From: Clostridiales bacterium CCNA10
GTDB lineage: Bacteria; Verrucomicrobiota; Kiritimatiellia; RFP12; UBA1067
DNA: 41,532 nt
Reading direction: 5' to 3'
Assembly (NCBI GenBank): GCA_963618935.1
Contig: CAVEVC010000075.1
Span: 1-41,532, forward strand
Below, in pieces: positions 38,099 to 41,532 of the stretch. A program made the translations under genes and the position numbers. Each line of letters starts with the position of its first letter. Positions within the stretch are counted from its first letter, which is position 1. The notes beneath the pieces were generated by a model. It did not search any database. It was not told where the DNA came from and worked only from the letters and a program-made list of their open reading frames with translations.

Positions 38099-39019
38099 AT
38101 GTCTGATTGCTGCGTTTTTGCGGGCCAGGGCGCCCAGGTGCCCGGAATGGGCAAGGACTTCGCCGAGGCGGACGCCACGGCGATGGCGCTTTTCGACAAG
38201 GCGAACGCCGTCCTCGGCTTCGACCTGAAGACACTCTGCTTCGAGGGGCCGGCCGAGGCGCTGACGAAGTCCAACGTCTGCCAGCCCGCCATCTTCGTGA
38301 CGAGCTATGCCGCCTACCTCGCGCTCCAGAAGAGGCGCGCGACGCCGTTCGCGGCGGCGGCGGGCCTGTCGCTGGGCGAGTGGAGCGCGCTCTGCGCGGC
38401 GGGCGTCCTCGACTTCGACGCGACGCTGACGGCGCTGGAGGCCCGCGGCCGCTTCATGCAGGAGGCGTGCGAGGCCACGCCGAGCGGCATGATCGCCATC
38501 GTGGGCGCCTCGCCCGCGCAGCTGGACGAGCTGTGCGCGAAGACGGGCTGCACGCCCGCGAACATCAACTCGGCGGCGCAGGTCGTCCTCTCCGGCGACA
38601 AGGCGCAGGTCGCGGCGGCGGCCGCGACGGCAAAGGAACTCGGCATCAAGCGCGCGATTCCGCTCGCGACGGCGGGGGCGTTCCACTCGAAGTTCATGCA
38701 GCCGGCGCGCGAGAAGCTGGCGCCCGTCCTCGACGGGATCACGTTCCACGCGCCGAAGATCCCCGTGATCTCGAACGTGACGGGCAAGGTCCATTCCTCC
38801 GACCCCGCCGAGATCAAAGACGTGATGCTCCGCCAGGTCACCGAGACGACGCGCTGGGCGGACGACATCGCGGCGGCGAAGGCGCTGGGCTGCACGCGGT
38901 TCATCGAGTTTGGTCCGGGCAAGGTGCTTTCGGGCCTCATCAAGAAGATCGACGCCGCGCTCACGACGCTCAACGTCTCCGATCTGGCGACGCTGGACGC
39001 AGCTGCGGCCGCGCTGTAA
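38099..39019 (+). CDS. fabD: malonyl-CoA:ACP transacylase
   Basis: The track ORF 38060-39019 was trimmed to the ATG at 38099 (MSDCCVFAGQGAQVPGMG). The active-site sequence is GLSLGEWSA, and AGAFHSKFM is present. Confidence 0.93.
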   Translation: MSDCCVFAGQGAQVPGMGKDFAEADATAMALFDKANAVLGFDLKTLCFEGPAEALTKSNVCQPAIFVTSYAAYLALQKRRATPFAAAAGLSLGEWSALCAAGVLDFDATLTALEARGRFMQEACEATPSGMIAIVGASPAQLDELCAKTGCTPANINSAAQVVLSGDKAQVAAAAATAKELGIKRAIPLATAGAFHSKFMQPAREKLAPVLDGITFHAPKIPVISNVTGKVHSSDPAEIKDVMLRQVTETTRWADDIAAAKALGCTRFIEFGPGKVLSGLIKKIDAALTTLNVSDLATLDAAAAAL

Positions 39020-39044
39020 GGGCTTAAGGAAAAGGAGCAGGAAA

Positions 39045-39809
39045 ATGGGTAACTTGGACGGCAAGGTCGCCATCGTCACCGGTGCGGGGCGTGGCATTGG
39101 CCAGCAGATCGCGAAGAAGCTCGCCGAGGCGGGCGCCAAGGTCGCGGTGGTGGACCTCCAGGCGGATTGGTGCCGGGAGACGGTCGACCTCGTCGAGGCG
39201 GCCGGTTCGACCGCCCTCGCGCTCGGCTGCAACGTGGCGGAGAGCGCCGAGGTCGATGCGTGCGTGAAGCGCGTCATCGAGGCGTTCGGCGCCGTGGACA
39301 TCCTCGTGAACAACGCGGGCATCACGAAGGACGGCCTCCTCATGCGCATGAGCGATGCGGACTGGGACGCCGTGCTGAACGTCAACCTGAAGGGCACGTT
39401 CCTCTTCACGCGCGCCGTCGCGCGCCCGATGATGAAGAACAAGGCCGCCGACGGCACCCAGCTCGGCGGCGCGATCGTCAACCTCGCCTCCGTCGTCGGC
39501 ATCATGGGCAACGCCGGCCAGGCGAACTACACGGCCTCGAAGGGTGGCGTGATCGCCCTCACGAAGACGACGGCCAAGGAACTCGGCTCCCGCAACGTGC
39601 GCTGCAACGCCGTCGCGCCCGGCTTCATCCAGTCCAAGATGACGGATGTGCTTTCGGACGACGTGAAGAAGGCGTACATGGACACGATTCCGCTGAAGCG
39701 CTTCGGCACGGCCGAGGACATCGCCAAGTGCGTCGCGTTCCTCGCCGGGCCCGACGCCGCCTACATCACCGGGCAGATCATTTCCGTCAACGGCGGCATG
39801 ATTGGCTGA
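39045..39809 (+). CDS. fabG: 3-oxoacyl-ACP reductase (SDR family)
   Basis: The track ORF 38910-39809 was trimmed to the ATG at 39045, which has an AAGGAAAAGGAG Shine-Dalgarno region. Motifs: TGAGRGIG, NNAG and the catalytic Y-T-A-S-K. Confidence 0.93.
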   Translation: MGNLDGKVAIVTGAGRGIGQQIAKKLAEAGAKVAVVDLQADWCRETVDLVEAAGSTALALGCNVAESAEVDACVKRVIEAFGAVDILVNNAGITKDGLLMRMSDADWDAVLNVNLKGTFLFTRAVARPMMKNKAADGTQLGGAIVNLASVVGIMGNAGQANYTASKGGVIALTKTTAKELGSRNVRCNAVAPGFIQSKMTDVLSDDVKKAYMDTIPLKRFGTAEDIAKCVAFLAGPDAAYITGQIISVNGGMIG

Positions 39810-39864
39810 TTTCGCATTTCTTTTGCAGATATGATGAAATTTGGTCGGTCGGGCATTTGCCCCC

Positions 39865-39893
39865 TTGCATGAATCACGGAGTTTTAGTACACT
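39865..39893 (+). promoter_or_regulatory. putative dedicated acpP promoter in the AT-rich fabG-acpP spacer
   Basis: TTGCAT (39865-39870), a 17-nt spacer, then TACACT (39888-39893). The TAAGGAGAA Shine-Dalgarno is at 39911-39919. Confidence 0.5.
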
Positions 39894-39924
39894 AGTCGCT
39901 GTTCCAACCATAAGGAGAAAACAA

Positions 39925-40191
39925 ATGGCAGGTAAGCTTGAAGATCGCGTGAAAGAGATTATCGTTGACCAGCTCGGCGTCAATGCGGAGCAGGTCAATC
40001 CGGAGGCGTCGTTCATCGACGATCTGGGCGCGGACTCGCTCGACTCCGTCGAGCTCATCATGGCTTTTGAGGAAGAATTTGGCGCGGCGATTCCCGAGGA
40101 GGACGCCGAAAAGCTCACGCACGTGGGCAAGGTCATCGAATACCTCAAGAGCAAGGGCTACGGCGACGACGGTTCGGCGCCGGCCAAGTAA
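39925..40191 (+). CDS. acpP: acyl carrier protein
   Basis: The track ORF 39841-40191 was trimmed to the ATG at 39925. The phosphopantetheine attachment site is [20 protein letters not shown]. It is 88 aa with a short C-terminal extension. Confidence 0.95.
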   Translation: MAGKLEDRVKEIIVDQLGVNAEQVNPEASFIDDLGADSLDSVELIMAFEEEFGAAIPEEDAEKLTHVGKVIEYLKSKGYGDDGSAPAK

Positions 40192-40214
40192 GGAAGCGGA
40201 CCATCCGTCCAGGA

Positions 40215-40252
40215 AGAGAAGGGACAGGCCCGAGGCTTGCCCCTTCTCTTTG
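40215..40252 (+). terminator. stem-loop after acpP (weak-tailed terminator or attenuator)
   Basis: AGAGAAGGG (40215-40223) pairs with CCCTTCTCT (40241-40249) and is followed by TTG. The short T-run suggests only partial termination before ruvB. Confidence 0.5.
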
Positions 40253-40258
40253 TCTAGG

Positions 40259-41257
40259 ATGAAGAACGAGCGTCCGAGCGAGGAGCTGAACAGGCGGAAC
40301 GCGGCTTTCGACAACAAGCTGCGCCCGGGGCAGTTCGCCGACTTCGTCGGCCAGCGGAAGATCCGCGACCGGCTGGAGCTTGCGGTGCAGGCCGCGAAGG
40401 ACCGGGGGGAGACGCTGGACCACGTGCTGTTCTCGGGTCCGCCCGGCCTTGGCAAGACGACGCTCTCGTACATCCTCGGCGACGCGATGGGCGTCCACGT
40501 GAAGACGACGAGCGGGCCCGTTCTGACGAAGCCGGCGGACCTCGCCGGGCTTCTGACCTCCCTGGAGGCGGGCGACATCGTCTTCATCGACGAGATCCAC
40601 CGCATGGCGAAGACGGTGGAGGAATACCTCTACTCCGCGATGGAGGACTTCGCCATCGACATCCTCATCGACCAGGGGCCGAACGCCCGCAGCGTGCGCC
40701 TGGAGCTGCCGCGCTTCACGCTCGTGGGCGCGACGACGCGCATCGGCCTCATCGCCGCGCCGCTCCGCGCCCGCTTCGGCCTCGTCAACCGCCTCGGCTT
40801 CTACGAGCCCGCCGAGCTCGCGTCCATCGTGACGCGCTCGGCGGCGAAGCTGAACGTCGGCATCGACCCCGACGGGGCGCTTGAGATCGCCGCCCGCTCG
40901 CGCGGCACGCCGCGCATCGCCAACAACCTCCTCCGCCGCGTGCGGGACTACGCGCAGGTGCGGGCGGGCAACCAGATCACGAAGCAGGTGGCCGTGGAGT
41001 CGCTCTCCCTTCTGGAAATCGACCCGCAGGGGCTTGACGAGATGGACGTCAAGATCCTCGAGACCATCTGCGTGAAGTTCGGGGGCGGTCCCGTCGGCCT
41101 CTCCACCATCGCCGTGAGCGTGGGCGAGGAGCCGGACACGATCGAGGAGGCCTACGAGCCGTTCCTGATCATGGAAGGGTATCTCGACCGGACGCCCAAG
41201 GGGCGCGTCGCGACGGACCGCGCCTGGCGCAAGCTCGGCCTCGGAAAAGAGCCATGA
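40259..41257 (+). CDS. ruvB: Holliday junction branch migration helicase RuvB
   Basis: The track ORF 39965-41257 was trimmed to the ATG at 40259. Walker A: GPPGLGKTT. Walker B: IVFIDEIH. Also present: GATTR and [16 protein letters not shown]. Confidence 0.95.
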   Translation: MKNERPSEELNRRNAAFDNKLRPGQFADFVGQRKIRDRLELAVQAAKDRGETLDHVLFSGPPGLGKTTLSYILGDAMGVHVKTTSGPVLTKPADLAGLLTSLEAGDIVFIDEIHRMAKTVEEYLYSAMEDFAIDILIDQGPNARSVRLELPRFTLVGATTRIGLIAAPLRARFGLVNRLGFYEPAELASIVTRSAAKLNVGIDPDGALEIAARSRGTPRIANNLLRRVRDYAQVRAGNQITKQVAVESLSLLEIDPQGLDEMDVKILETICVKFGGGPVGLSTIAVSVGEEPDTIEEAYEPFLIMEGYLDRTPKGRVATDRAWRKLGLGKEP

Positions 41258-41291
41258 AGCGGCCTGCATCTCACCGGCCCCCCGCGTGGGC

Positions 41292-41445
41292 GGTGGGCGT
41301 TCTGCTTTTCGTCGCGCGCTGAGGGGCGTTCTGCTTTTCGTCGCGCGCTGTACCCGCGCCGCCCTCGGCGCGTGGCGCTGAGGGGCGCTTTGCTTTTCGG
41401 CGCGCGCTGTACCCGCGCCGCCCTCGGCGCGTGGCGCTGTGGGGC
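41292..41445 (+). repeat. tandem array of about 2.8 x 59 bp, each full unit containing one family-1 REP core (copies E and F)
   Basis: The units are 41321-41379 and 41380-41438, each 59 bp and differing at only a few positions. A first partial unit, 41292-41320, has the 28-29-nt left half (gggcgttctgcttttcgtcgcgcgct) but lacks the REP core. The REP cores GTACCCGCGCCGCCCTCGGCGCGTGGCG are at 41350-41377 and 41409-41436. Confidence 0.9.
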
Positions 41446-41452
41446 GGTTCTT

Positions 41453-41461
41453 TGCTATAAT
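41453..41461 (+). promoter_or_regulatory. extended -10 box TGCTATAAT, 7 nt upstream of an ATG (probable leaderless transcript)
   Basis: The sequence reads tgctataat tcccggc ATG(41469). No Shine-Dalgarno is present. Confidence 0.45.
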
Positions 41462-41468
41462 TCCCGGC

Positions 41469-41532
41469 ATGGCGAAGTCAGACGAGAGCAGGCGGCGCGC
41501 GGCGAAGGCGTTTGTCGAGCGCTGGACGTTCC
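41469..41532 (+). CDS. 5' end of an unidentified ORF truncated by the window edge
   Basis: MAKSDESRRRAAKAFVERWTF... is open to the end of the window. It is supported only by the promoter-ATG geometry shared with two other genes. The product is unknown. Confidence 0.3.
   Translation, partial: MAKSDESRRRAAKAFVERWTF

Noticed and set aside
41292-41445. The tandem 59-bp array was considered as a CRISPR array.
   Set aside because: The units are directly adjacent with no unique spacers, the repeat contains the dispersed REP core found elsewhere, and there are no cas genes.

Overview
This 41.5-kb window is high-GC chromosome: spot counts of 60-nt lines give about 70% G+C. The gene content suggests an anaerobic, glycan-degrading diderm bacterium. 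It is loosely reminiscent of PVC-group (Kiritimatiellota/Lentisphaerota/Verrucomicrobiota-like) genomes, but taxonomy cannot be established without a database search.

Gene order. Everything is on the + strand except the island operon and one outer-membrane gene.
- A trimeric NuoE/NuoF-type [FeFe] hydrogenase, hydC-hydB-hydA (272-4582).
- An unknown 318-aa gene.
- A Na+/Ca2+ exchanger family transporter.
- rmlA.
- A GH2 lipoprotein with a discoidin domain.
- A roughly 6.4-kb low-GC island (about 10.5-17.0 kb) holding a tightly coupled three-gene minus-strand operon.
- Type-2 ileS.
- A single ORF fusing RpiB to serine hydroxymethyltransferase.
- A GH27 alpha-galactosidase with an NPCBM-like N-terminus, overlapping an MFS transporter.
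- A convergent beta-barrel outer-membrane protein (minus strand).
- GDPD, alpha-2-macroglobulin and PBP1C, joined by overlapping start/stop codons.
- An LRR lipoprotein.
- A MATE exporter.
- fabD-fabG-acpP.
- ruvB.
- A truncated ORF at the window edge.

The best candidate for something undescribed is the low-GC island. Its three genes are:
- a 179-aa protein interrupted by a 16-nt homopolymeric G tract, a candidate phase-variation switch;
- a 1564-aa membrane-anchored protein with thrombospondin-type-3-like Ca-binding repeats, a Cys/His/acid-rich module and a C-terminal Ser-Asp-His alpha/beta-hydrolase (lipase-like) domain;
- a 339-aa secreted protein whose start overlaps the giant gene's stop.
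No integrase, transposase or tRNA is present in the island.

Other structure not explained by the genes:
- a perfect 38-bp palindrome with an AT core inside the A2M coding sequence;
- a triple 15-bp direct repeat in the rpiB-glyA leader;
- two families of REP-like hairpin repeats, including a 59-bp tandem array and an inverted pair;
- a recurring extended -10 box (TGnTAnAnT), placed 7-8 nt from the ATG at three genes, which are therefore probably leaderless.

All product calls come from motif recognition by eye. No BLAST or HMM search was possible.
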